Positions 29,496 through 39,569 of a stretch of 64,000 nt of DNA are shown here, one piece after another. The position numbers and the translations under genes are program-made. The first letter of the stretch is position 1, and the number at the start of each line of letters is the position of its first letter. The notes under the pieces are model-generated. The model ran no database searches and was not told where the DNA came from. It worked only from the letters and a program-made list of their open reading frames with translations. The DNA is from Candidatus Omnitrophota bacterium (lineage in GTDB: Bacteria > Omnitrophota > Gorgyraeia > JABMQH01): positions 17,806-81,805 of the forward strand of contig JAQURK010000001.1 in assembly GCA_028715645.1 (NCBI GenBank), in the 5' to 3' direction.

Positions 29496-30417
29496 ATTTC
29501 CAACCGCGCGGAGGATCGGCCTTCATGGCCTCAAGGCCCTCCCTTATACCTAATCCTCTTACTAAAAGGTCCTTTTCCATCTTGTCTATTTTATAACTCG
29601 TATTCTTCGGGCGCTGGGCCAGCTGACTAAAAAAAGAACTGGCAACGGGGTTAATGAGGCCTCTGTCAAGCCCAAAGCAATCAGCCACATTAAGGGCAAG
29701 GTCATATCTGGATACTGTTTCTCCGCCCGCGATATGATAAATGCCCTCTTTTTCATGTCTGACAATGGCCCATATGGCCTCGGCCGCGTTACCCGCAAAA
29801 AGATGGTTATTGTAGATATCGTTAACTATGTTTAGCCTTTCTTTCCTTAAGAGCCTCTCGAGGATCCAGGTTACGGGATTCTGCCTTTCAAGGGGATGGT
29901 TCCAGCCATACATGGTCATAAGCCGGACAATAGAGTACTTAATGCCGCTTGAGGCAAGGGCTTTCTCCGTTTCTAATTTCGTTATCCCGTAATAATCAAC
30001 GGGGTTAGGCGCCGCCGCCTCATCATAAGGGGGATGCTCTCCGTCAAATACGGCGTTTGAAGACGTAAAAATCATCGAGCAGCCGTTTTCGGCGCAGGCC
30101 TCTATCATATTCCTGGAACCGATGATATTGGTAAGCTCTGCCTGGTTTTTATTCTTTTCGCAATAATCGACATTGCCTATGGAGGCGGCGTGGATAACGG
30201 TATCCGGGGAATATCCTTTGAATGCGGCCCTCACTTGATCCCGGCTGGTTATATCAAACTCGCGGTATTCGCATCTTCCGGCCTTCGAAAGGCGGTCTTT
30301 TGGGAATTTATAGTATCCTGCGCATATAGTGAATGAAAAGGGCATACGCGCTATAAGGGAAATACCAAGAAGGCCCGTGCCGCCCGTCAATAATATCTTA
30401 CGCGCCACCGGTTTCAC
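29482..30417 (-). CDS. NAD(P)-dependent sugar-nucleotide reductase/epimerase (RmlD-like)
   Basis: ILLTGGTGLLG Rossmann motif and YGITKLETE catalytic motif. Confidence 0.7.
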   Translation of the reverse strand: MKPVARKILLTGGTGLLGISLIARMPFSFTICAGYYKFPKDRLSKAGRCEYREFDITSRDQVRAAFKGYSPDTVIHAASIGNVDYCEKNKNQAELTNIIGSRNMIEACAENGCSMIFTSSNAVFDGEHPPYDEAAAPNPVDYYGITKLETEKALASSGIKYSIVRLMTMYGWNHPLERQNPVTWILERLLRKERLNIVNDIYNNHLFAGNAAEAIWAIVRHEKEGIYHIAGGETVSRYDLALNVADCFGLDRGLINPVASSFFSQLAQRPKNTSYKIDKMEKDLLVRGLGIREGLEAMKADPPRGWKYDWM

Positions 30418-31480
30418 CTCCTAAAAAATTATCGATCGCGGCCATGATCTCTTTTGTCTCAAGGGCGGTGAGGCATTCGTCATGAGCGCAGGATTTTAAT
30501 TTGAATCTTTGATAGCAGGGCTGGCAGACCAGGTCTTTTTTTATAACGAGACTGTTTGCGTCTTTAGGATACGGCCCATAGACCTCCGGGTCAACAGGGC
30601 CGAATATCGCGACGGTCTTGACGCCCTGGCTGACGGCGATATGCAGCGGCCCGCCGTCATTGCAGATAACCAGGCCGCATCTTTTTATCAGGGCGGCAAA
30701 CCTTGAAAGCGTTGTCCGGCCGCAGGCGAGAATCGGCTCTTGCCTGATAAGGCTGGCGATCTGATTGCAGAGCGCGATCTCGGACATATCGCCGAACAGT
30801 ATTAGTCTGGGGCGGATCTTGTCCGATATCAGATTGGCAAGTCGTGCGAACCTGTGCGCGGGCCACTGTTTTTTGTAGGCATCTACTCCCCAGCTGGCGC
30901 CTCCGCCCGGAATGAGCCCTATCAGCATATCATTTTCGCCGATACCATTTTCGGACAGATAGGCATTCGCCCATTTCACATCCTCCTGGTCCAGAGGGAA
31001 TTCAAGGCCCTTGGGCCTCGGTTCAATGCCGAGCAATTTTAAGATATCGAGGTAATAACTGACTATGTGCCTTTTTTCGTAACCGGCAATCTTGATTTTA
31101 TCCGTCAGGAATATACCCCGGTTTTTATAATTATAACCAATCCTTTTTTTTATGCCGATAAGCCATGAAAAGAAACCGAATTCGCGACCGAGGGAAAGAT
31201 CGATAACACAATCAAACTGTTTTTTCCTGATGGAACCTAAAAATTTCACAAACTTCCGAAAGCCCATTATCCGTGAGACCTTCCATAATTTCCTGAATTT
31301 ATCTTTTTCATAAATAAAAACTTTATCGACCTTGGGATTGCTAAGCAATATGTCCTTGGCCCTGGCATTGCATACAAACCCTATGTATGAATCCGGCATG
31401 GCCTCCTTTAGATTGGCGATGAGAGGTGTGGTAAAAAGGACGTCGCCTATGCCAAACGGATTTATTATAAGAATTCTCAT
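30398..31480 (-). CDS. GT9 ADP-heptose:LPS heptosyltransferase
   Basis: MRILIINPFGIGDVLFTTP N-terminal motif and a GT9 C-terminal domain. Confidence 0.8.
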   Translation of the reverse strand: MRILIINPFGIGDVLFTTPLIANLKEAMPDSYIGFVCNARAKDILLSNPKVDKVFIYEKDKFRKLWKVSRIMGFRKFVKFLGSIRKKQFDCVIDLSLGREFGFFSWLIGIKKRIGYNYKNRGIFLTDKIKIAGYEKRHIVSYYLDILKLLGIEPRPKGLEFPLDQEDVKWANAYLSENGIGENDMLIGLIPGGGASWGVDAYKKQWPAHRFARLANLISDKIRPRLILFGDMSEIALCNQIASLIRQEPILACGRTTLSRFAALIKRCGLVICNDGGPLHIAVSQGVKTVAIFGPVDPEVYGPYPKDANSLVIKKDLVCQPCYQRFKLKSCAHDECLTALETKEIMAAIDNFLGGETGGA

Positions 31481-32562
31481 TTTATTTTTGCTAAAACTTC
31501 CTCAGGCGTTATTGCCTCAAGCCTGTCTTTTTCTATTATGATATGACCGGCGCCATATGGCCCCCATCGCATCGGCCTGCTTCCGGCATCCTGCCTTCCA
31601 AAAAGCGCGACTACAGGAGTGCCTACCGCGGCGGCGATGTGGACGGGGCCGCTGTCGCTTGATACCAAGAATTTGCAATTTTTAAACAACGCCGCCAGTT
31701 CCCTCAGGGACAGGGCGCCGGTAAAATCAATTACTTTATTCACCATCCCTGAAATGACCTCTTTAGCCGATTGAACCTCATCCGGCCCGCATATCATCAC
31801 TACATTATACCCTTTTTGCGTAAGTAAATCCGCTAGTTTAGAGAAATTGGTTTTCGGCCACTGTTTTTTTGGATTGCTTGTACAGGGATGGACGGCTATC
31901 AGCCGGCAAATGTCGCTGCCGGGCGGGAGCGCCTTTTTTAATTTCTCAATTATAATATGGCCCGCGGTATCCGTCACCGTAAGGACGGGCCGCGCGTTTT
32001 TCGGTTCTATGCCAAGCGATCTAATCAGGTCAAGGTTATACTCTACCTCATGCCTCTCGGCCAGGAATTTCCGGTCGCTAACCCTGTGGGTAAGAAAAAA
32101 TCCCCATTTTCTGTCAAATCCGGCCCTGACAGGGATCCCCGCCAAAAAAACCGCCAGATGAAACTCCTTTTTTGGGTTAGCTATAATCGCCATATCAAAT
32201 TTCTTTTCTTTTAAAATTCTTTTTAACTTGAGGGCCCCGAGTACCGCCCCCTTATGTATCCTTATTTTTCCTTCTTTATCCTTATATTCTTTATACTCTA
32301 TGATTTCTTTTACATAGGGGTTGTCCTCAATCAATTCCCTTACCGCCGGATTTATCATCATACTGATATCCGCCTCAGGCCATTTTTCCTTTAGGGCTGT
32401 TATGACCGGAAGGGTAAGCACGACCTCGCCGATCCGGTCCGTCCTTATAACCAGGATTTTCATTTTATCCTTCTTAGTGAGACGGCCAGGCCGGCTATGA
32501 ACCAGAATACCACCACAAGCTTTGAAAAATAAAAGCTTGATTCGGTAAGGCCGTTTAAACAA
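31477..32562 (-). CDS. GT9 ADP-heptose:LPS heptosyltransferase
   Basis: MKILVIRTDRIGEVVLTLP. The probable true start is the internal Met near 32463, which removes the overlap with the ligase gene. Confidence 0.8.
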   Translation of the reverse strand: MFKRPYRIKLLFFKACGGILVHSRPGRLTKKDKMKILVIRTDRIGEVVLTLPVITALKEKWPEADISMMINPAVRELIEDNPYVKEIIEYKEYKDKEGKIRIHKGAVLGALKLKRILKEKKFDMAIIANPKKEFHLAVFLAGIPVRAGFDRKWGFFLTHRVSDRKFLAERHEVEYNLDLIRSLGIEPKNARPVLTVTDTAGHIIIEKLKKALPPGSDICRLIAVHPCTSNPKKQWPKTNFSKLADLLTQKGYNVVMICGPDEVQSAKEVISGMVNKVIDFTGALSLRELAALFKNCKFLVSSDSGPVHIAAAVGTPVVALFGRQDAGSRPMRWGPYGAGHIIIEKDRLEAITPEEVLAKIK

Positions 32563-33668
32563 AACGCGAAGATGCCGCAGCCCAACCCCAATGCGGCATT
32601 CCTTATATACCCTTCTTTATCCCTATCATTCCCTATTATTCCCTTTATTTCCAAGAAAAACGCCGCTAAAATCCACAGGAATATCCCAAGCCCGGTAAGC
32701 CCCATCTCGCCGGCCATCTGCAGATAATTATTGTGCGCATAACACTGTTCGGCGGTTATCACTGTGACGTCGCGGACCTTGTATTTGGGATAGGCCTTCA
32801 TAAAGGTATTTATTCCTACACCTATTACCGGATGGTCTTTGATCATATGAACCGCCGATCTGTAAAACGCGATCCGGTCCGCGTTGCAAAAAAACTCGAT
32901 AGGCGACTTTGTCGTCTTTCCCCATTCCTTTACGCCGTTTGGTATCAAAAAAGGCATCGCTGCCAGGGACACAGCCAGGGCCAGCATGACCCATTTATCT
33001 TTTTTAACAACCGCCATAAGGGCGATGGCGCCGTAAAAGGCCAGGACCGCGCCTCTCGAGAACGTAAGGACAACACAGACGGTTATCAAAATCGCGGCTG
33101 CCAGAACCAGCCCTTTAAGCAGTTTCTTGAACTCATACAGGGCAAGGGTCCATATTACAGGGACAACAGTGACAAGGTATATGCCGAAATCGTTGCAATG
33201 CTTGTACGCGGCGGTCATGCGTTTCAGGCCTATGTTTATGATCAACGGGTTTGAACGCAGCGCATCCCTTCCGGTAATATACTGGATAACACCGTCTATG
33301 CAAGCGATCGAAGCGCCGATTAGCAAAGCGGCCGTTATCCTTTTCGCCGTCCTTAGGTCATTGACGCCTTCGATCATCATAAAATAGATACCCAGGTATT
33401 TCAAAACCTTTATGAGGCCCTTTAAGCTGGTGCCCGGTTCGATCGAATTAAAGATCGAAAGACACGCGATGATAAAAAAAAGAAATAAGGGCAGGTTAAG
33501 CCGGGTATATCTTAAGGTCAGGTCTTTTTTTAGGCATTTTTTTAAGAGCCAGAAAACAATCGCCATCCCGAGCAGGGTGTTTACCGCGCCGCTTGAAAGC
33601 GGAAGAAAAAACGCCGCGCCGATAATCGAAAGCTCGATAACCCTCTCGCAAATTTTCGCCATCTTCAC
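32460..33668 (-). CDS. O-antigen ligase family membrane protein (WaaL/RfaL-like)
   Basis: About 10-12 TM segments with a large periplasmic loop of Wzy_C type. Adjacent to heptosyltransferases. Confidence 0.65.
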   Translation of the reverse strand: MKMAKICERVIELSIIGAAFFLPLSSGAVNTLLGMAIVFWLLKKCLKKDLTLRYTRLNLPLFLFFIIACLSIFNSIEPGTSLKGLIKVLKYLGIYFMMIEGVNDLRTAKRITAALLIGASIACIDGVIQYITGRDALRSNPLIINIGLKRMTAAYKHCNDFGIYLVTVVPVIWTLALYEFKKLLKGLVLAAAILITVCVVLTFSRGAVLAFYGAIALMAVVKKDKWVMLALAVSLAAMPFLIPNGVKEWGKTTKSPIEFFCNADRIAFYRSAVHMIKDHPVIGVGINTFMKAYPKYKVRDVTVITAEQCYAHNNYLQMAGEMGLTGLGIFLWILAAFFLEIKGIIGNDRDKEGYIRNAALGLGCGIFAFCLNGLTESSFYFSKLVVVFWFIAGLAVSLRRIK

Positions 33669-34381
33669 CCCTTCTTTAGTCTCAGGCTTACCACCCCAAG
33701 CTGGGTCTTCGCCTTAATCAGCACCGGAACCCTGCGTTGATCATCGCTGATATAGATTACCGCGTCCATGCTGTGGTACATGCTTTTATTCTCACGTCTG
33801 ATTTTGGAGTCCAGGACCCAGCAATCAAATTTACCAATTTTTTTCCTGCCTGTAACCTTCGAGTCAAATATATATGTGGACTGGTTATTGTTAACCATCT
33901 GTTTGATCTCGAGGCCCTCCTTTAACTCATGAGCCCTCAGATAATATATTGCCGAAATCGGATCCCTTACATCTGATGGAACTTTTTTAACACCTTTTCC
34001 CTCTGCATACATTATATTGTTCGCCCTGTCATATACAACCCTGCGCGCGTCTTCTGGTTTGCCGGCGATTTTTAGGAGCTGCTCAAATTTATACGGATAA
34101 AATCTATCTCTATCTATATACGAATTTAAATCTGCCTCCGCCTTAAAAAGCAACCCTATCCATTTTGCGGTCGCCGCCTGGCAGGTAACAAGATAGGACT
34201 TCTTGCCTTCATAGGCAGTGTCTTTCATTTCTATAACTGCATTTCCTACAGGAATAAGATAAAGATACTTTACGGAATATACCAACCTTTCACCGTTTTC
34301 AATCTTAGGGCCTTGGGCGCCTAAGATACCTACACACAGAATAAATATAAAAATAAGCGCTGATACCCTGCATCCCTTCAT
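33665..34381 (-). CDS. Secreted hypothetical protein (signal peptide)
   Basis: 238 aa, N-terminal signal peptide. Family not recognised. Confidence 0.5.
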   Translation of the reverse strand: MKGCRVSALIFIFILCVGILGAQGPKIENGERLVYSVKYLYLIPVGNAVIEMKDTAYEGKKSYLVTCQAATAKWIGLLFKAEADLNSYIDRDRFYPYKFEQLLKIAGKPEDARRVVYDRANNIMYAEGKGVKKVPSDVRDPISAIYYLRAHELKEGLEIKQMVNNNQSTYIFDSKVTGRKKIGKFDCWVLDSKIRRENKSMYHSMDAVIYISDDQRRVPVLIKAKTQLGVVSLRLKKG

Positions 34382-34391
34382 ATTCTTCCTC

Positions 34392-35111
34392 CTATTTTTT
34401 ATACAACCCCAGTCTGAGCCGCAAGACCATTATAACGGATTCTATAAAAACCCCGAGCGACATCTTCGAGCGACCCTTGCGCCTTTCAACGAATACGATC
34501 GGTATCTCCTTAATTTTAAAACCCTTCTTAAAAATCCTGTATTTCATCTCAACCAAAAAAGAGTATCCATCCGATTCAATACTATCCAGGGAAATGGCGC
34601 TCAAGGCCCTTTTTCTATAGCATATAAATCCGCTTGTGACATCATTCACAGGCAAGCCTGTAATAAGGCGGGCGTATGTATTTGCGCCTGAACTTAGTAT
34701 GATCCGCCACAGCGGCCAATTCAGGACACTGATCCCTCCTTCCAGATACCGCGAACCAATAACAACATCGCTTTCTTCAGCGGCCTTCAAAAAATCTGGT
34801 GTGTAGGAGGGGTCATGGGAAAAATCTGCGTCCATCCCGATGATGAAATCAGCCCCCTGGGCGATGGCCCGTTTAAACCCTTCCACGTAAGCGGCCCCTA
34901 ATCCCCTTTTAGCCATTCTGCGCACAATCTCGACCCTGGGCAATCTTTTGCCGATATCCTCTACCACCTGCCATGTCCCATCTGGAGAATTATCATCCAC
35001 CACAATTATCCTGATATTTAAATTAAGGGCCTCTATCCTCTGGATTAATCCGACGATATTTTCCTTTTCGTTATAGGTAGGGATCACTACGATTATTTTT
35101 TCATTTTTCAT
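34392..35111 (-). CDS. GT2 polyprenyl-phosphate glycosyltransferase (DPM synthase-like)
   Basis: IIVVIPTYNEKENI...IIVVDDNSPDGT and a DAD motif. Confidence 0.8.
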   Translation of the reverse strand: MKNEKIIVVIPTYNEKENIVGLIQRIEALNLNIRIIVVDDNSPDGTWQVVEDIGKRLPRVEIVRRMAKRGLGAAYVEGFKRAIAQGADFIIGMDADFSHDPSYTPDFLKAAEESDVVIGSRYLEGGISVLNWPLWRIILSSGANTYARLITGLPVNDVTSGFICYRKRALSAISLDSIESDGYSFLVEMKYRIFKKGFKIKEIPIVFVERRKGRSKMSLGVFIESVIMVLRLRLGLYKK

Positions 35112-36731
35112 TTACAGGCCCTTCTCTGAAACTAAATCCTTCATATCGTATACCGCTACCTCCCGGGCAAAGATATCATCCTTGTGACTTAGATAATCTG
35201 TTCTTCCCGTGAATTTGACCATCTCATAGAAGGAAGGAAAATAGAAATAAAACGGATCAGGTACCAGTAATCTCGGCCTGGATCTAAAATGAAATTCGTC
35301 CGTATTAAGCCAACTATCGGGACTTACCATCAGATAAACCTTCCCTCTGGAATTGGCCCCGCCCCTGGCCTCTGACCAATTGGCAACGCATATTATTTTA
35401 GCATCATTCAGCTTGGGCATAAGCAGATCGCTTGTCGTAGCCACATAATAAGAGGTGGTCAGGATTTTTTCCGCTTTATTTGCCAGTAAAAAGTCTTCTA
35501 TAACGTTAAAGTGCGACCTTACCTGTCTTACTGCCTTTACTGAGCAGTAGCCTCCTTCTATGATGAGCAAGATGATAAGCGCCCTCTGTAGATTTCGATT
35601 GTTTAACATATCGGCTATAAAAACGCCCATAATTACGCAAAATATGGGATAGGTGGCCAATATAAGCCGAAACTGTCTCTCGTGGCTCGCAAAAAATTGC
35701 CAGTATATCAGCATGCCGGCAGATAATACAAATAAGGCCAGCGCCACAAAACTCTTCTTTTTCAAGACATGTTTCAAAAAGTAAGCTATGCTCGATATGA
35801 TCATAAAAATGGTAAAAAACCAGCCGTTATAAAACCCACTCAAGCAAATCAGATGCCAATGCCCCAGATTTTTATTATTCAATAAACCATTCTGTATCGC
35901 ATCGCCGCTGTCCAAAAAAAAGACTTGGCCAACATAACCTTTATGTATAAAGGTAAACAATGGTGCCGTCTCGTTTCTGCCAAAAATAGACATTATCAAA
36001 AATACAAAAGGCAAAACAAGAAATCCCAGTAAAAAGGTAAATATCCTTAATGGCAATCTCTTGAAAGGAACGAATTTTTCAAAGCAACAAATGACAATTT
36101 CAAACATAATAAGAACAGGGACATAAAATATCGTGACTGTATGCGCTGTAAACGCGAGGCCAAGGATAAGACCTGTCAAAAACATGACTCCCGCGCCGTT
36201 TGTCTTTTTGACGTATGTCCTCAAATACAGAAAGAAGGCCAATACTACAAAAAAGGTCTGGTCTACGTGGCTCATATATGACCGCGAATAATAGACGTGG
36301 AAACCCGAAATCGCCAATAACATCGCCGCGATCAGGCCTGCCCGCTCGCTATAAAATTCTTTACCCATAGCAAAGGCAAGCCATACCGTAAGAACTCCAA
36401 ATAAAGCAATTATCATCATGGGGCCATATTGACTAATGCCAAATAAAAAAAGACCTAAAATTCCAAACAGGATATGATTTGGCTTGCCGGCAAAAGAATC
36501 TGTAACAGGGAGAAGCGCATTAAGGAAGTTTCCGCCGTCTTTAATAAAAAAATTTTCAATGCTTGCTTTCCCAGCGCAGGCCGCCCTATAATAAACGGTC
36601 TCATCAGGAAGGAAAAGGCCCCTTTTTGTTAGATCATAAAATCTCAGGGATGCCGCCATTATCAAAATCAGCAGAAGATAGATCAAGCCCTTTTTCCTAT
36701 TCATTTGTGTGTGCCCCCGCCTGGCCCGCAA
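35112..36731 (-). CDS. GT-C membrane glycosyltransferase (ArnT/PMT-like, GT39/83)
   Basis: 539 aa, about 12 TM segments, hydrophilic C-terminal domain. Paired with an upstream DPM-synthase-like GT2. Confidence 0.6.
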   Translation of the reverse strand: MRARRGHTQMNRKKGLIYLLLILIMAASLRFYDLTKRGLFLPDETVYYRAACAGKASIENFFIKDGGNFLNALLPVTDSFAGKPNHILFGILGLFLFGISQYGPMMIIALFGVLTVWLAFAMGKEFYSERAGLIAAMLLAISGFHVYYSRSYMSHVDQTFFVVLAFFLYLRTYVKKTNGAGVMFLTGLILGLAFTAHTVTIFYVPVLIMFEIVICCFEKFVPFKRLPLRIFTFLLGFLVLPFVFLIMSIFGRNETAPLFTFIHKGYVGQVFFLDSGDAIQNGLLNNKNLGHWHLICLSGFYNGWFFTIFMIISSIAYFLKHVLKKKSFVALALFVLSAGMLIYWQFFASHERQFRLILATYPIFCVIMGVFIADMLNNRNLQRALIILLIIEGGYCSVKAVRQVRSHFNVIEDFLLANKAEKILTTSYYVATTSDLLMPKLNDAKIICVANWSEARGGANSRGKVYLMVSPDSWLNTDEFHFRSRPRLLVPDPFYFYFPSFYEMVKFTGRTDYLSHKDDIFAREVAVYDMKDLVSEKGL

Positions 36732-38535
36732 TTATTTCATAAACATCTGTATCACCAAAGTTTTTAATAAACTTTAAACCTGGCAGCCTTTTCCTCTTAA
36801 TCTTCTCAAATTCATCTGCTATCTCTATATCGTTAGATTCGGCATAACCGCTTGCATGGATGATCACATATTTAACACTCAACCAATTCAACACCCTCGC
36901 TGTCCGTGGGTCGGATAATTTCCAGATGCTTTTCGCAATGCTGTTGCCAAACGTTCCGGGGCTTGTCCCATTTATTATCTTCTTCTCATGTATGGTCTGG
37001 CAGAACTTGTAATACTCATTAGGGCTTTCAGTATCCAAAGGATATTCCGCAATAGCAAAATCGCCCTTTTCCTGCTTTAGCCAATCATACACCCTTGGGT
37101 ACTTTGACATATCTATGATTTTGAACGGGGGGAAATTCAAAAATTCAAATAAAACCAACGCGCACATTAAAGACGCGAACGCTGTCTTGGCCCTATTGTT
37201 TTTGAACCTTTCAAGTATAAATTTTAGCCCAAATCCCGCCAGGACCGAAATCGCGAGCATTACAACTATGCCGAACCTGCAATAGGCCCTGAACATCGGT
37301 AATATCTTATACATAAAAAATGACGGCATATAAATCTTAAAATACGGAAATGTAAAATACGGCGGCTGGGAAAACAGCCATGCGACAAACGCAAGCCACA
37401 CAAAGAAACCAATATAAAAATCATCGTCATTGCTAGGAAGCTGCCGAAGGCGGCTGACGAAGCAATCTCTTTTTTGAGATTGCTTCGCCCCTTCGGGGCT
37501 CGCAATGACGGACATTGTCTTTCGCCTTTTTCTCCAATTTCTACATGCGATAAACGCAAGGATAATCGGCGTCCACCCCAAATACAACGTATGCTCCGTA
37601 TAGCTGACCCCATATAATGGAGAACCGATAAGCCCTTCACTAAATTTTCCAAAAACGGGATGCGTGGTCGCAGGTAATAAATAGCTAAGCGGCTTGGCTG
37701 ATTGCGTAAAAAGATCCTGGAAGGACCTTATATAACCTTTACTCAGCAGTTCCTGTGCACTTACAGGATGTAAATAACCACCTGCTATTCTAATTAATAT
37801 GGGAGATAGAACCAGAAGCATTGCTAAGCAGGATACTATTAAAAAACACACAAAGCGATAAGGGGGTTTTTTAAATATTTTTAATGAATATACTATCTCA
37901 TAAACAACAAACAGCGAAACTGCTACGCTCATAAAATACGTATAATAATAGTCAAAAAAGGCAACGAGTAAAAATGCCACAGCACAAAAAATAACATTTT
38001 TTAAACTCTGCTTTTCTCTAAGCTTAAAAATGGATAATATTAAAAGTGGCATCCACTGAATCTGGGCAAGGCCGAGGTGCTGCCATATCCTAACAAAATG
38101 ATATGGAAGGAATGCATAAATAACACCTGAAATAAATGCTGAGGCCCTATCTTTGGTCATAAACAGAACCAGCCAATACATAAACACCGCCGAGAGAATA
38201 AAAGACAAAAATACCTGCGCATTATATGTAAAAATAGGGTTTGTCAACATGGAAATCCAGCGGGTCAGGAAAAGCCAGATGGGATAAAAATTTGTGCCAT
38301 GTTTAAAATTCACACCAAATGGAAAAGATATATACGAACATTCGCCGAAATCATCCGTCTTATTATGAAAGCAGCGCTTCTGCCACCAGTAATACCATAT
38401 ACTGGCCTGTGGCTCATCGGTGTTTTCAAATCCGGGAATGGCGGAATTAATTTTAAGTACAAGCGGATATGTAAAAACAACTGTTGTCATTACAATAAAC
38501 AATAGAAATACCAGCGTTGTTTTTTTCATTTCCAC
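36697..38535 (-). CDS. Large polytopic membrane protein, GT-C/YfhO-like
   Basis: 612 aa, many TM segments, periplasmic C-terminal domain. Contains a palindromic in-frame segment at 37443-37497. Confidence 0.5.
   Translation of the reverse strand: MEMKKTTLVFLLFIVMTTVVFTYPLVLKINSAIPGFENTDEPQASIWYYWWQKRCFHNKTDDFGECSYISFPFGVNFKHGTNFYPIWLFLTRWISMLTNPIFTYNAQVFLSFILSAVFMYWLVLFMTKDRASAFISGVIYAFLPYHFVRIWQHLGLAQIQWMPLLILSIFKLREKQSLKNVIFCAVAFLLVAFFDYYYTYFMSVAVSLFVVYEIVYSLKIFKKPPYRFVCFLIVSCLAMLLVLSPILIRIAGGYLHPVSAQELLSKGYIRSFQDLFTQSAKPLSYLLPATTHPVFGKFSEGLIGSPLYGVSYTEHTLYLGWTPIILAFIACRNWRKRRKTMSVIASPEGAKQSQKRDCFVSRLRQLPSNDDDFYIGFFVWLAFVAWLFSQPPYFTFPYFKIYMPSFFMYKILPMFRAYCRFGIVVMLAISVLAGFGLKFILERFKNNRAKTAFASLMCALVLFEFLNFPPFKIIDMSKYPRVYDWLKQEKGDFAIAEYPLDTESPNEYYKFCQTIHEKKIINGTSPGTFGNSIAKSIWKLSDPRTARVLNWLSVKYVIIHASGYAESNDIEIADEFEKIKRKRLPGLKFIKNFGDTDVYEIIAGQAGAHTNE
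37443..37497. repeat. Long palindrome inside a CDS
   Basis: CGAAGCAATCTC-TTTTTT-GAGATTGCTTCG (perfect 12-bp stem) extended by GCCGAAGG / CCTTCGGGGC. It encodes a hydrophilic loop (PEGAKQSQKRDCFVSRLRQ). Confidence 0.4.
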
Positions 38536-39569
38536 ATTTGCTTTCCGTATATATAAGGGATTTTAAAAAATACATTCGGGACAAGTTTAAAAGTATCGCA
38601 CTTACTGCAGCTCGGTAACTTACTGTAATTACTCTCTTTCTGCATTTTTCTTATATTAAGGATTTTGGAATTATTCGAAAAATATATACCAAAAAGTGTC
38701 TGATTTAGCACATTACCCAATAATAAATCTTTTATAGGCTCATTTGAATAATAAGCAGCATCGCACGGGTAGACATCGCCGTTTATCCTTACCGCCATCC
38801 TGCTCCAGCACTGCGCGCATGGATAGAGATTTGGCCAACTCCCTTCGCATTTCAGAGCAGAAACATCTATTATACCCGCATGCGTCACGGGCTCGTGAAC
38901 GAAAACCTTATCCTGACCCCCTATTTTGCCTTTCCAGAAACTTATGCCTTTTGCCAGAGAAGGGTTGGTCTTTATCGTCTTAATAAATTGAATATGCAGG
39001 ACGGGGATATTTGATTTTAATTCTTTTCTGATTTTTAAAAAATTCTGCATATTTTCAGTAACTTTTTCATATAAATCTGCGCCCATCAATTCCCTATATG
39101 ATTCTCTGTCTGCGGCATTAATACTTACCGTAATTTCATCTACCCCTGCCTGAATAAGGTCATAGGCCCTCTTTTCTGAAAGCGCAACTGCATTAGTTGT
39201 AAAACTAAATTTTATTTCATCGCTGATCTCTTTAACACGCGCCACCAAATCTATTAGGCCGTGGTACAAAAGGGGATCACCTAAGCCATTTGTCATAAAA
39301 ACAATTTTTTTGCCGGATTTAAACAGATCCCGTATCTCTTTTAAGACTTTATCCAGTACCTCAGGCATAATATCTTCTGATTTAAAATTACCGTCTTTTA
39401 CCCAGGTTGTCCTGGAGCACATTTCACAGAGAAGATTACACCGCGTAGTAACTTCACAATTTACCGAATAAATAGAATTAAGCATAGAAAACCTGTAGAA
39501 CAGCCTTACCGGAAGGCTATTCTTAATTAAATTGAGATTTTCTGGGGGTATCAATTTTCTCAACAGCAT
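38526..39569 (-). CDS. Radical SAM enzyme with C-terminal SPASM/twitch-like Cys cluster
   Basis: CNLLCEMC (CxxxCxxC) near the N-terminus. C-terminal CEGSW...CAQCWSRM...YPCD. Confidence 0.8.
   Translation of the reverse strand: MLLRKLIPPENLNLIKNSLPVRLFYRFSMLNSIYSVNCEVTTRCNLLCEMCSRTTWVKDGNFKSEDIMPEVLDKVLKEIRDLFKSGKKIVFMTNGLGDPLLYHGLIDLVARVKEISDEIKFSFTTNAVALSEKRAYDLIQAGVDEITVSINAADRESYRELMGADLYEKVTENMQNFLKIRKELKSNIPVLHIQFIKTIKTNPSLAKGISFWKGKIGGQDKVFVHEPVTHAGIIDVSALKCEGSWPNLYPCAQCWSRMAVRINGDVYPCDAAYYSNEPIKDLLLGNVLNQTLFGIYFSNNSKILNIRKMQKESNYSKLPSCSKCDTFKLVPNVFFKIPYIYGKQMWK

Noticed and set aside
37266-37652. 128-aa minus-strand ORF
   Set aside because: It is an alternative frame inside the 612-aa membrane-protein gene, and its Arg/Cys-rich composition is typical of an out-of-frame translation.
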